A stretch of 64,000 bases of DNA, from the NCBI GenBank assembly GCA_028695025.1, contig JAQVJV010000003.1, forward strand, positions 637 through 64,636, read 5' to 3'. The position numbers were made by a program, and so were the translations under genes. This DNA is from Candidatus Moraniibacteriota bacterium (GTDB lineage Bacteria > Patescibacteriota > Minisyncoccia > Moranbacterales > UBA11712). This document shows positions 33,537-42,736 of the stretch, piece after piece. The number at the start of each line of letters is the position of its first letter. Position 1 is the first letter of the stretch. The notes beneath the pieces were generated by a model that ran no database searches, was not told the origin of the DNA, and saw nothing but the letters and a program-made list of their open reading frames with translations.

Positions 33537-34463
33537 TCAACTCGCTTGGACAGAAATCTGCTTTAGTCCAAAAAATTTTATCGCCGTATCATCAGTCGCT
33601 TCTTCCACTTCGGTGAATCCGATATTTTTTATTTCAGCTATTTTTTGAGCAATATATCGGATATATATCGGTTCATTCCTTTTTCCCCGAAATTCCTGCG
33701 GGGCAAGAAATGGAGAGTCCGAATCAAGCATGATCCTGTCAATTGGAATCATCTTGATTGCCTCCGCTAAATCATTAGCTCTCTCCGCCGGCTTCGGATA
33801 AGTGATATTTCCCGAAAAAGAAAAATATATATCCGGCAATTCCAGAAACTTTTCCGTGTCGTTTTTATTTCCGGAATAGCAATGAAGGACGAATTTCGTC
33901 AAGGTTTGGCCTTGAGGAATTCCGAAAGCTTTGCTTGAGGAAGGGAAAGGCCGAACCTTAGACGAAATTGGATTTTTTTTCAGATTTAGATCTTGATTTT
34001 TATTAGATATTGGATATTGGATATTGGATATTATTTCATAAACATCATCCCAAGCATCGCGGCAATGAACCACAACCGGCAAATTCAAATCTTCAGCAAT
34101 ACTTAATTGTTTTTCGAATAGCGCTTTTTGCTGTTTGATCTGGTCTGGATTTTTGTAACAGGAATAATCAAGGCCGATTTCACCAATCGCTTTGACCTTT
34201 GGATTGGCAGCTATTTTTTTCAATTCCTCCATATTGTCATCCGTCGGCAAGGAAAGTTTTTCCGAAGCGTCATGGGGGTGAAATCCAACGGAAGAAAAAA
34301 TATTTTCATAATTCTCCGCGAGATCGATGCTCTTTTTGCTTGTTGCCAGGTCTACTCCAATATTCACGATCGCTTTTCCACCCCCGGCAAAAAACCGCGC
34401 AATCACTTCGTCGCGGTCTTCATCGAATTTTTCAAAATCCAAATGGGCGTGAGTGTCAATCAT
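33537..34463 (-). CDS. tatD: TatD-family metal-dependent deoxyribonuclease/hydrolase with a ~38-aa low-complexity insertion
   Basis: MIDTHAHLD; …GEIGLDY…; …LPVVVHCRDAWDDV… ; …VLHCYSG…; …MLDSDSPFLAP. The insertion ISNIQYPISNKNQDLNLKKNPISSKVRPFPSSSKAFGIPQGQTLTK lies between the third and fourth metal-ligand motifs and contains a 7-bp microsatellite (GATATTG x4) at about 34020..34050. Confidence 0.8.
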   Translation of the reverse strand: MIDTHAHLDFEKFDEDRDEVIARFFAGGGKAIVNIGVDLATSKKSIDLAENYENIFSSVGFHPHDASEKLSLPTDDNMEELKKIAANPKVKAIGEIGLDYSCYKNPDQIKQQKALFEKQLSIAEDLNLPVVVHCRDAWDDVYEIISNIQYPISNKNQDLNLKKNPISSKVRPFPSSSKAFGIPQGQTLTKFVLHCYSGNKNDTEKFLELPDIYFSFSGNITYPKPAERANDLAEAIKMIPIDRIMLDSDSPFLAPQEFRGKRNEPIYIRYIAQKIAEIKNIGFTEVEEATDDTAIKFFGLKQISVQAS

Positions 34464-34476
34464 AAAAATATAAAAA

Positions 34477-35895
34477 CTATCTTATTCTTGGAAACAGCGC
34501 TTCTGTTTTTCCGATCTCAATTGCTTTTAATATTTTTCCCGAAGTTTCCGGCATGAAAAATTTTAGGAGATTCGCAATACCAAATAAATCGCCCAATAAT
34601 TTTCCCATAACTTCATCGAATTTTTTCTTGTTAGTTTTTGCCAACTCCCACGGCTTCATCTCTTCGATAAATTTATTATTTTCCCGAACAATATTCCATA
34701 TATAATCTAAAGCTTTATCAGGCTCTATTTTATCCAAGAAATTTGAAATTTTCTCATTGGTATTTATTTTAGACAATTGAATATCAGATAGTGAAATCAA
34801 CTTTAACACTCTTGAAACCAAGTTTCCAAGACCATTAGCCAAATCCGCATTGTATTTTTCCGTCATCCGCTCCATTGTCACGTCAACGTCTTCTCCAAAA
34901 GTCCCCGCGCCCATGAGGAGATACCGTGTTCCGTCCGTTCCGAATTTTTCCAGCATCTCGTCGATGGAAATAACATTGCCGATTGTTTTTGACATTTTGC
35001 GCCCGCCGGAAAGCAGATGCCCGTGCACAAACATTTTTTTAGGAAGTTCAATTCCGAGATGCAAAAGCATAATCGGCCAAATCGTAGCATGCACCCGCAA
35101 AATATCTTTTCCAATAAACTGCACGTCCGCCGGCCATTGCCATGGAATATTTTTCTTATCACCACCCCACCCCAAACCCGTGAGATAACTCAAAAACGCA
35201 TCAAACCAGACATAAGTCGTGTGGCTTTCATCAAACGGCAAGGGTATCCCCCATTTCACATTTTTTCTCGAAATGGAAATATCTTTCAATTTTTCTTTTT
35301 TGAGGAACGACAAAATCTCACGTTTGTATTTCTCCGGCTGGATTAAGAATTTATCACTTTCGATTTTCGCAATCAACTTATCTTGCATATCAGCCATCTT
35401 GAGAAGATAGCTTTCCTCTTTCACGCGCTCACAAACAGTATCGTGATCAGGACATCGGCCATTTACTAAATCTCCTTCGTTTTTGAATTGCTCACAACCA
35501 ACGCAATACAGTCCCTCATATTCGCCTTTGTATATCACGCCTTCGCCATAAAGCTTCTGCAAAACTTTTTGGACGGCTTTTTCATGATTTGGATCAGTGG
35601 TTCGGATGAAGTTATCATATTTGATATTCAGGCTTTCCCAGAGGCTTGTGAACTCTTGCGAAAATTTATCTACAAATTCTTTCGGATCCTTTCCGGATTC
35701 CTCGGCTTTCTTCTCAATTTTGAGGCCATGCTCGTCAGCCCCCGCCAGTAAGAATACATCTTTGTCTCGCTCTCGATGAAACCGCGCCAGCACGTCTCCG
35801 GCAACCGTTGTGTACGCATGTCCGATATGGGGCTTGGCGTTGACGTAATATACCGGCGTGGTGATATAAAATTTGTTTTTTTTGTTTTCTGGCAT
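34477..35895 (-). CDS. metG: Methionyl-tRNA synthetase (short form, no C-terminal tRNA-binding extension)
   Basis: HIGH motif (PHIGHAYT), zinc knuckle CVGCEQF…CPDHDTVC, KMSKS motif (KMSKTIGN). Confidence 0.9.
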   Translation of the reverse strand: MPENKKNKFYITTPVYYVNAKPHIGHAYTTVAGDVLARFHRERDKDVFLLAGADEHGLKIEKKAEESGKDPKEFVDKFSQEFTSLWESLNIKYDNFIRTTDPNHEKAVQKVLQKLYGEGVIYKGEYEGLYCVGCEQFKNEGDLVNGRCPDHDTVCERVKEESYLLKMADMQDKLIAKIESDKFLIQPEKYKREILSFLKKEKLKDISISRKNVKWGIPLPFDESHTTYVWFDAFLSYLTGLGWGGDKKNIPWQWPADVQFIGKDILRVHATIWPIMLLHLGIELPKKMFVHGHLLSGGRKMSKTIGNVISIDEMLEKFGTDGTRYLLMGAGTFGEDVDVTMERMTEKYNADLANGLGNLVSRVLKLISLSDIQLSKINTNEKISNFLDKIEPDKALDYIWNIVRENNKFIEEMKPWELAKTNKKKFDEVMGKLLGDLFGIANLLKFFMPETSGKILKAIEIGKTEALFPRIR

Positions 35896-35930
35896 AAAAA
35901 AGAATTTAATAAAAAAGAAAGAAACAGAAA

Positions 35931-36239
35931 TTATAGAAATGATTGGGTTTTCTCAATGAACTTTTTTACTGCATCGACATCTTTTTGCTCTTTTATTCTT
36001 GGCAAGTCATTGTTGAATTCTGCCACTATTCTATCCACCTCCCTTTTAGATTCCCGATTGCTTCTCCCAACCATCTCATATTTATTTTGTCTTTTTAAAT
36101 ATTCCTCGTAAGTTTCAACTGGTTCCAACTTTTCAAAATCATCTATCATTGCAAACATTAAAGATTGTAGGATATTTCTATAATGCGTATATAATCCTTT
36201 TTCACTAAATCGATGTTCTTCCATTTTTTCGATGACCAT
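35931..36239 (-). CDS. Hypothetical small protein
   Basis: A 102-aa ORF with ordinary composition, co-directional with its neighbours. No recognisable motif. Confidence 0.45.
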   Translation of the reverse strand: MVIEKMEEHRFSEKGLYTHYRNILQSLMFAMIDDFEKLEPVETYEEYLKRQNKYEMVGRSNRESKREVDRIVAEFNNDLPRIKEQKDVDAVKKFIEKTQSFL

Positions 36240-36266
36240 AAAATTTATAAATTTAGATAAATTAAT

Positions 36267-36968
36267 TTAATATGAAACAATCACGAACTCTCCTTTCAAG
36301 TTTTTTTTATTTTTCCAGTAACTTTTTATTTCTTGAATATTCCCTCGCTGAATTTCTTCAAACATTTTTGTAAGTTCGCGACCCACTACAATTTTAGCAT
36401 TTGGCTTGAATTTTTCTAAAAGTTCGAGGTTTTTGAAAAACCGGTGCGGCGAGTCAAAATAGACAATCGGGTATTTTGATTCCGCCATTTCCCGGAAAAA
36501 AGTTTCCCGCCCTTTTTTGTGAGGGGGAAAACCCAGAAATAGGAATTTATCCATGCTAATTCCAGCAGCACTCGCGATCGTTGCTACCGCCGATGGCCCT
36601 GGAATAGGAATAATTTCGACCTCTCCCTCACCCCCTCTCCTTGGTAAGGAGAGGGTTGGGGTGAGGTTTGCAATCAATCTATTTCCCGGATCAGAAATTC
36701 CCGGCGTTCCCGCGTCTGAAACCAGCGCCAAATCCTTACCGTTTTCAAGATGCTCCATGATTTTTTCCGTCCTGGAAAGTTTCGAATGATGATGGTAAGA
36801 TAAGAGAGGTTTTTTGATTTTGTAGCGGTCGAGCAGTTTCCTGGTGACACGCGTATCCTCGCAAAGTATCAGGTCGACCTCTCTCAGTACGCGCAAAGCC
36901 CGAAGAGTGATATCCTCAAGATTGCCTATCGGGGAGGCGACGATATATAACTTACCTAACTGATCCAT
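36267..36968 (-). CDS. rsmI: 16S rRNA (cytidine1402-2'-O)-methyltransferase RsmI (tetrapyrrole-methylase fold) carrying a short in-frame palindromic insertion
   Basis: LYIVASPIGNLEDITLRALRVLREVDLILCEDTRVTRKLL… and LVSDAGTPGISDPG match the family. There are about 11 extra residues (TPTLSLPRRGGEGEV) relative to the family spacing before IPIPGPSA. Confidence 0.8.
   Translation of the reverse strand: MDQLGKLYIVASPIGNLEDITLRALRVLREVDLILCEDTRVTRKLLDRYKIKKPLLSYHHHSKLSRTEKIMEHLENGKDLALVSDAGTPGISDPGNRLIANLTPTLSLPRRGGEGEVEIIPIPGPSAVATIASAAGISMDKFLFLGFPPHKKGRETFFREMAESKYPIVYFDSPHRFFKNLELLEKFKPNAKIVVGRELTKMFEEIQRGNIQEIKSYWKNKKNLKGEFVIVSY
36626..36666. repeat. Imperfect inverted repeat inside the rsmI coding sequence
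   Basis: CCTCACCCCCTCTCCTT-ggt-AAGGAGAGGGttggGGTGAGG, a 10+6 bp stem, seen in the sequence. It coincides exactly with the extra peptide in RsmI. Confidence 0.6.
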
Positions 36969-37044
36969 AAAAAAATTTTAAATGAAAAGTGATCACAGCG
37001 AACACCAAAACTTTTCACTTTTCATTTTTAACTTTTAACTTATT

Positions 37045-37515
37045 ATGATCCTGGCTTCCCATATATTATCCGGCGCTGTTATCGGTGAAAATATCAATAA
37101 TCCCTATATTGTAGCCATTTCCGCAGTCGCCGTCCATTTCCTCCTCGATTTCGTTCCGCACGGAGATTATCTTGATAAAAAATCGAAATTCCAGGAGTTT
37201 TGGAAGGTGGCGTTGGATCTTTTGTCCGGCCTGGGAATTGTATTTGCAATCCTATATTTCCAAAAAGCGGATTTTACTTTTCATCAAATCCAAAATACCG
37301 CCATCGGGATTTTTTTCTCGCTCCTTCCGGACGGACTTACGCTTCTCTATTGGAAAATGGGGATGAAGTTCCTTGGCCCGATTTACCGCTTCCATCAAAA
37401 ACTTCATCTCATCCACTATCCTGATTTCGCGCCGGAACGCGAATTCCGCCTCAAAAACAATTTGGGCGATGTTTTTGTGTCGTTTCTTTCTATTTTTATC
37501 CTTATAATATTCTAG
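37045..37515 (+). CDS. Hypothetical integral membrane protein (possibly DUF457-like membrane-bound metal-dependent hydrolase)
   Basis: Four or five hydrophobic helices with conserved His/Asp (AVHFLLDFVPHGDY). It is divergent from rsmI across a short AT-rich spacer containing a 12-bp inverted repeat (AAATGAAAAGTG…CACTTTTCATTT). Confidence 0.45.
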   Translation: MILASHILSGAVIGENINNPYIVAISAVAVHFLLDFVPHGDYLDKKSKFQEFWKVALDLLSGLGIVFAILYFQKADFTFHQIQNTAIGIFFSLLPDGLTLLYWKMGMKFLGPIYRFHQKLHLIHYPDFAPEREFRLKNNLGDVFVSFLSIFILIIF

Positions 37516-38558
37516 CTATCTTTTTTAGCAGCCGGGAGAGACTCGTGTGAATCCTTGATCACGTCTCTCAAGATTTCCCAAATCACCGTCGCCACCGGGA
37601 TAGCAATAAGCGCCCCGATAATTCCGCCAAGTTCAAACCCAACCAAAAGGGCGACGATGACAATCACCGGATTGAGCCCGACCGCTTTTTTCATGACGAG
37701 CGGCGTGATCGCGTTTCCCTCAAGCTGCTGGACCAGTGTGAAGAGAACCAAGACCGAAACTCCCATCCAGGGATTATGGAAAAAACCGATAAGCGCGGCA
37801 ACTGCGATTGAGACAATCGGTCCGACATAGGGAATGACTTCAAGGAGCCCGGCGACGAGAGCCAGGATCAAGGCATAAGGCATCCCAATGATCAGCATTC
37901 CGACATAATCCAAAGTAAAAACGACCGCGATAAGCGCTAATTGGCCCAGAAGCCAGCGGCCCATTTTGTATTCAATCCGGTCAATCAGCGCCGAGATATA
38001 CTCTTCGTGTTCTTTCGGAGTGATTGAAGTGAAAAATTTTTTGACTCCCTTCTCCTGGACAGACATATAGAAAGAAATTGACAAAATAACCACGAAAGAA
38101 AAGATACCGCCGATGAAAGAGATTGTCCCGCTGAAAAGATTGGTGCCGAGTTGAGATATCTGTGTGTTAAAATTGGAAGAGAAATTGCTGACCTGGCTGC
38201 TCACATTGTGTTGGACGGCAAAATTATTCAGCCCCTGAAAATATTCCGACACTTTTTCCAGCATCACAGGAAAGTTTTGTCCGAGATTGTTAAGTTCGGA
38301 AGAAAGGGGCGAAACAAGAAAATATATCGCCGCGGTAACGATAGAGAAAGCCAGGATGTATATCAGGAATACGGATAGGGCCCGAGGCACCCTTTTTCTT
38401 TGTAGCCAATCGACAATCGGGTCAATGGCGCAGACGATTATGAGTGCCATAAAAACCAGCACCAAAATTCCCCGGATCAGAAACAAAAACCAGAGAAGCA
38501 ACACCATGAATATTGTCCGCAAGATAGTGCCGGATGAAATTTCGATGGGACTGTTCAT
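37512..38558 (-). CDS. AI-2E family transporter (PerM/UPF0118)
   Basis: Eight TM segments and the characteristic C-terminal region …LVAGLLEVIPYVGPIVSIAVAALIGFF…QQLEGNAITPLVMKKAVGLNPVIVIVALLVGFELGGIIGALIAIPVA. Confidence 0.85.
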   Translation of the reverse strand: MNSPIEISSGTILRTIFMVLLLWFLFLIRGILVLVFMALIIVCAIDPIVDWLQRKRVPRALSVFLIYILAFSIVTAAIYFLVSPLSSELNNLGQNFPVMLEKVSEYFQGLNNFAVQHNVSSQVSNFSSNFNTQISQLGTNLFSGTISFIGGIFSFVVILSISFYMSVQEKGVKKFFTSITPKEHEEYISALIDRIEYKMGRWLLGQLALIAVVFTLDYVGMLIIGMPYALILALVAGLLEVIPYVGPIVSIAVAALIGFFHNPWMGVSVLVLFTLVQQLEGNAITPLVMKKAVGLNPVIVIVALLVGFELGGIIGALIAIPVATVIWEILRDVIKDSHESLPAAKKDS

Positions 38559-38663
38559 GAATTTGAAATTACAAATTTGAAATTTAAAATCAATCCAAAA
38601 TTACTAAATTTAAGGTTTATTGGCTTAAAATTCATTTCAAATTTTAAATTTAGACTTTCAAAT
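38557..38663. repeat. AT-rich intergenic element of the ATGAATTTGAAATT family, filling the entire spacer between the M16 peptidase stop and the AI-2E transporter start
   Basis: It shares the ordered motifs ATGAATTTGAAATT, CTTAAAATT and TTTCAAATT with 940..1036; seen in the sequence. Confidence 0.4.
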
Positions 38664-39953
38664 TCATAAGGCAAGTATTTTTTCCAAAAAAACTTTATCT
38701 TCAATCGGCCCGATGAACGCCAAGTTGAGTTTTTCATTGGCAAAAACATCTTTTGCCACTTTCAATATATCATCTCGGCTGATTTTTTCAATTTTGGCAA
38801 GAATTTGCTCCGGTGTTTTTATTTCCCGCCGCGCGAGTTCCTGACCGGCAAAATATGAAGCCACTTCATCTGAAGATTCAAGCGTGAGAGCCATTCTCCC
38901 GCGTAGATTATCCTTGGCGCTTTGAAGCTCTTTAGCCGTCACTCCTTTTGCAAGAGTTTTTTTCACTTCTGCAAGAATTGTCTTCACAGTTTTTTCGATT
39001 TTTCTCCGGTCGGTGTCCACTCCGGCCCGTACCGAAAAATACCCGCAATCGGAATATTCTTCCGTCCCGGCTTTTACGTAGTAGGCAAGTCCCTGCCGCT
39101 CCCGGACGGAAAGAAACAGCCGGCTGCTCATCGTCCCGCCGAGGATATTCGCAAGAAGCGCGAGGGCATATCGGTCGGGATGGAACATGCCGTATCCGCG
39201 AAAACCGAGAATCAGATGCACCTGGTCGGTTTTTTTATGTTTGATCTTGATGTTAGGACCGCTTTGCCGTTCAACCGTTTTCACTTTTCCGTTCACTCCG
39301 CCCTTCTTCATCTTGGAAAATATTTTTTTGACATCCCGGATCACTTTTTCTTCCCCCTCTTCGCCAAAATTTCCCGCGACGCAAACGACCGTATTTTCCG
39401 CGTTATACAGCTTGGCGCGGTAATCCAGAAAATTCTTCCGCGTGACGCGTTTGATATTTTCCTTCGTCCCGATCACCTTCCACCCCGCCGGCTGGTCGCC
39501 GTACAGAAGATGTTCGAATTCCTCCTGGACGGCCGCCATCGGCGTGTCTTCATACATGTTTATTTCCTGAAGAATCACTCCCCGCTCTTTTTCGATTTCT
39601 TTGGCTTCGATTTTGGAATTCAAGAATATGTCCGACACGACATCCACCGCCAGCCCGACGTGCGCCTTGTCCACCTTGGCATAATAGGCCGTGCTCTCCT
39701 CGGACGTAAACGCGTTGAATTCGCCGCCGACCGCATCAAGCGCCTGCGCGATATCTTTTGTCTTCGGCCGTTTTTTGGTTCCCTTGAACATCATATGCTC
39801 CAGGAAATGAGAAAGGCCGTTCAAATTCTTTGTCTCATATTTCGAACCGGCCGCCACCGCCACGATCACCGTCGCCGTATTCGTGTCTTTCATCGGCGCC
39901 GTCACCAGCCGCAATCCGTTCTTGAAAGTTGTTTTTTTAAAATGCATAGCCAC
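38664..39953 (-). CDS. M16-family zinc peptidase (insulinase/pitrilysin-like)
   Basis: Inverted zincin motif HFLEHMMFKGT (HxxEH) plus a downstream Glu, with two-domain length. Confidence 0.85.
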   Translation of the reverse strand: MAMHFKKTTFKNGLRLVTAPMKDTNTATVIVAVAAGSKYETKNLNGLSHFLEHMMFKGTKKRPKTKDIAQALDAVGGEFNAFTSEESTAYYAKVDKAHVGLAVDVVSDIFLNSKIEAKEIEKERGVILQEINMYEDTPMAAVQEEFEHLLYGDQPAGWKVIGTKENIKRVTRKNFLDYRAKLYNAENTVVCVAGNFGEEGEEKVIRDVKKIFSKMKKGGVNGKVKTVERQSGPNIKIKHKKTDQVHLILGFRGYGMFHPDRYALALLANILGGTMSSRLFLSVRERQGLAYYVKAGTEEYSDCGYFSVRAGVDTDRRKIEKTVKTILAEVKKTLAKGVTAKELQSAKDNLRGRMALTLESSDEVASYFAGQELARREIKTPEQILAKIEKISRDDILKVAKDVFANEKLNLAFIGPIEDKVFLEKILAL

Positions 39954-39982
39954 AAATTATGGATTAAACAAATATACAAAAT

Positions 39983-40948
39983 CTATTTTTTCCCAAATCT
40001 CTTCACCCTCGTTAATCCCGAAAATGGAATGATTTCAATTCCCTTTTTCTCAAGCTCGTCCAAAAACAAATTCATGCCGATCGAATCCGACTGGGTATCG
40101 CCGCAAATGACCACATTGATGTGATGCTTTTCGGCCTCTTTCCTCCATTCTTCCCTCATATGCATTCCAACAATTGTCCCGATGCCCGCCTGTGAAGCAT
40201 GTTTGTATATTTCTTTGGCTCCGTTTGTTCCGCCCGCATATTCATAGGCAATTTTTCCAACCCGCGCTTCTTTTCTTCCGGTGACAATCTGCGGGCCTGC
40301 CTTGAATTTTTTCGCTTCTTTATACTCGGGAATTCCGTCAATAATCTCCAGAAGCTCTTCAAGCGTTTCCGGATTTTGTTTTTTTATCTCCCGGTCGATG
40401 AAATTTGCCACCAGATTATCAGCCGGCGTATGGACACACATGAGAGGCAATCCCAAAAGTTCAGCCGCCTGTACCGTCCGGCCATAGTTTTCACTCTGAA
40501 AAATCAAACGGGAAATTTCGGTGATCCGCGGAAGCATCACCGATTCGGCAATGTTTATCGGCACTCCGTGGCGCGCCAAAACATCCGCTTGGAGATGCAT
40601 CACGTCAGCCAAATCATTAAGCGCTTCACCGATGGGATGATGCCCGATCACAAGATCAATCTCCTTATTTTTGTCGCTAAAATAGCGGGCAATCATCAGC
40701 TCGGACGGATCGACATCGATGCCGACCATCACTCTTTTCACTTTTTTCTTCGGATCGCCAAAGAGGATCCGTGAGTCGGAATAGGGATTCCAAAGTTTTT
40801 CTTGGTCAAAATCCGCTTTTTTTTCTTTGGATAATTTTTCAAATTTTTCCTTTGTTTTTTTGAGCTGTTTTTTTACGAATTCCTTCCCGCGCATATCCGC
40901 CCCGATTCCCATTTCAACCGCCAGCTTGAAAATTTGTTCGATGGTCAT
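39983..40948 (-). CDS. Conserved hypothetical protein (possibly a metal-dependent enzyme; weak Nif3-like HH motif)
   Basis: Non-membrane composition; motif VIGHHPIGEAL and conserved Asp/His clusters. No confident family assignment. Confidence 0.4.
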   Translation of the reverse strand: MTIEQIFKLAVEMGIGADMRGKEFVKKQLKKTKEKFEKLSKEKKADFDQEKLWNPYSDSRILFGDPKKKVKRVMVGIDVDPSELMIARYFSDKNKEIDLVIGHHPIGEALNDLADVMHLQADVLARHGVPINIAESVMLPRITEISRLIFQSENYGRTVQAAELLGLPLMCVHTPADNLVANFIDREIKKQNPETLEELLEIIDGIPEYKEAKKFKAGPQIVTGRKEARVGKIAYEYAGGTNGAKEIYKHASQAGIGTIVGMHMREEWRKEAEKHHINVVICGDTQSDSIGMNLFLDELEKKGIEIIPFSGLTRVKRFGKK

Positions 40949-40958
40949 AAATGCTTTC

Positions 40959-42359
40959 TTACGCTTCTAATTTTTCTCTTAAATATCCGGCCAACTCGTC
41001 TATTTTTATCCGTTCCTGCTCCATCGTATCCCGGTCGCGCACTGTGACGGCCTTGTCGTCCAAGGTGTCGAAATCCACCGTCACGCAATACGGCGTCCCG
41101 ATCTCGTCCTGGCGGCGATAGCGCCGGCCGATGGATTGGGTTTCGTCATATTCGGACATGAAGTGCATTTTCAGTTCATTCCATAAATCCTTGGCCGGTT
41201 TCACAAGTTCCTCTTTTTTTGAGAGAGGCAAGACCGCCACTTTGATCGGCGCAAGCCTTTTGTCAAATTTCAAAACAACTCTCGTTTCATCCCCGACTTT
41301 TTCTTCATTGTACGCTTGATCAATAAACATGAAAACATGCCTGTTCAAGCCGGCTGAAGTTTCCATGATATGGGGGATGAATTTTTCACCGGTCTTTTCA
41401 TCGAAATAGCCGAGATCAACCCCTGAAAATTTTGAATGCTGGGAAAGGTCCCAATCGCCGCGCGCATGAATGCCTTCGACTTCCTTGAAACTTCCCAAGG
41501 ACTTGAAATTATATTCGACGTCATAGGCTTCAGACGCATAATGGGCAAGTTTCTCATGTTTGTACCAGCGGATTTCATTTTCTTCCAGGCCGTATTCCAA
41601 ATACCAATTCCAACGGATTTCTTTCCACATGTCATATTTTTCTTTCATGACGCCCGGATGCAAAAAATATTGCATTTCCATCTGCTCAAATTCGCGCGTC
41701 CGGAAAATGAATTGCCGCGCCACAATTTCATTTCGGAAAGCCTTTCCCACTTGGGCAATTCCGAAAGGCAATTTCATATGGAGCGAATCAAGGGTGTTTT
41801 TATACTCCAGATAAATTCCGCCGCAAGTTTCTGGACGCAAATAGACCGCATTTTCCTCGCTAAGGGCGTCCGTGGGAGATCCCAAGTTTGATTTCACCAT
41901 CAGGGAAAATCTTTTGGCCGGCGTGAGATCATCTGATCCGCAAGAGACACATTTCAACTTTTTTGCCGCCCTCAATTCGTCGATTTTCCCGTTGATGAAT
42001 TCGATCGGCGCTTTGTCGGCGCTTATGCCGTGTTCTTCCAGGACATGGTCGGCCCGCATCCGGGCTTTGCATTTCCTGCAATCGATTTGCGGATCATCGA
42101 ATCCTTCAACATGCCCGGAAGCGATCCAAGTGGTCGGGTGCATGAATATGGCGCTGTCAAGCCCCACGACATCATCGCGGAACTGAACCATGCTTTTCCA
42201 CCAAGCATCGCGTATATTGTTTTTGAGAAGCGTTCCGTAGTGGCCATAGTCATAGATAGCCTGCATCCCTCCATATATTTCCGACGACGGAAAAACAAAT
42301 CCCCGCCGCTTGCAAAGCGACACGATTTTTTCCATCAGGTTTTCTTTTTTTTCTGACAT
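40959..42359 (-). CDS. glyQS: Glycyl-tRNA synthetase, alpha2 (archaeal/eukaryal-like) type
   Basis: The N-terminus RRGFVFPSSEIYGG…YDYGHYG and the class-II motifs are present. The single ~466-aa chain is typical of alpha2 GlyRS. Confidence 0.85.
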   Translation of the reverse strand: MSEKKENLMEKIVSLCKRRGFVFPSSEIYGGMQAIYDYGHYGTLLKNNIRDAWWKSMVQFRDDVVGLDSAIFMHPTTWIASGHVEGFDDPQIDCRKCKARMRADHVLEEHGISADKAPIEFINGKIDELRAAKKLKCVSCGSDDLTPAKRFSLMVKSNLGSPTDALSEENAVYLRPETCGGIYLEYKNTLDSLHMKLPFGIAQVGKAFRNEIVARQFIFRTREFEQMEMQYFLHPGVMKEKYDMWKEIRWNWYLEYGLEENEIRWYKHEKLAHYASEAYDVEYNFKSLGSFKEVEGIHARGDWDLSQHSKFSGVDLGYFDEKTGEKFIPHIMETSAGLNRHVFMFIDQAYNEEKVGDETRVVLKFDKRLAPIKVAVLPLSKKEELVKPAKDLWNELKMHFMSEYDETQSIGRRYRRQDEIGTPYCVTVDFDTLDDKAVTVRDRDTMEQERIKIDELAGYLREKLEA

Positions 42360-42736
42360 ATGTTTTTAGCTAAAAAATAAAATGGTTGTGAGATCAGCGA
42401 ACTCCAAAATTTTGCATTTTTATTTTTTAATTTTGAATTTTTTAAAAAAATCGCCCGTCCTGAATATCCAAAAAACTTTTCAGATATTCGGGACGAGCCG
42501 TTTATGTATCAAGTATGTCGTACATGTATAATGTATCGAAATAAATACACCATACATTATACTTTATACATCATACAAAATTGGTCCGCGGTTCCACCCG
42601 ATTTCCTTGACCGCCTGCTTTTTTCGGAGAAATAGCGGCGGGTTCCGGCGCTTTGAGATATTGATTTTTCGCGTTTGCGCGAAGCTGCCAACCCTCGCAG
42701 TTTGAATAATAGGTTACTTATTGATCTTCGTCAATA

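Noticed and set aside
38922-40124. 400-aa plus-strand ORF
   Set aside because: It is antisense to the M16 peptidase and the following gene, and its composition is His/Phe/Arg/Cys-rich and nonsense-like. The minus-strand genes carry clear family motifs.
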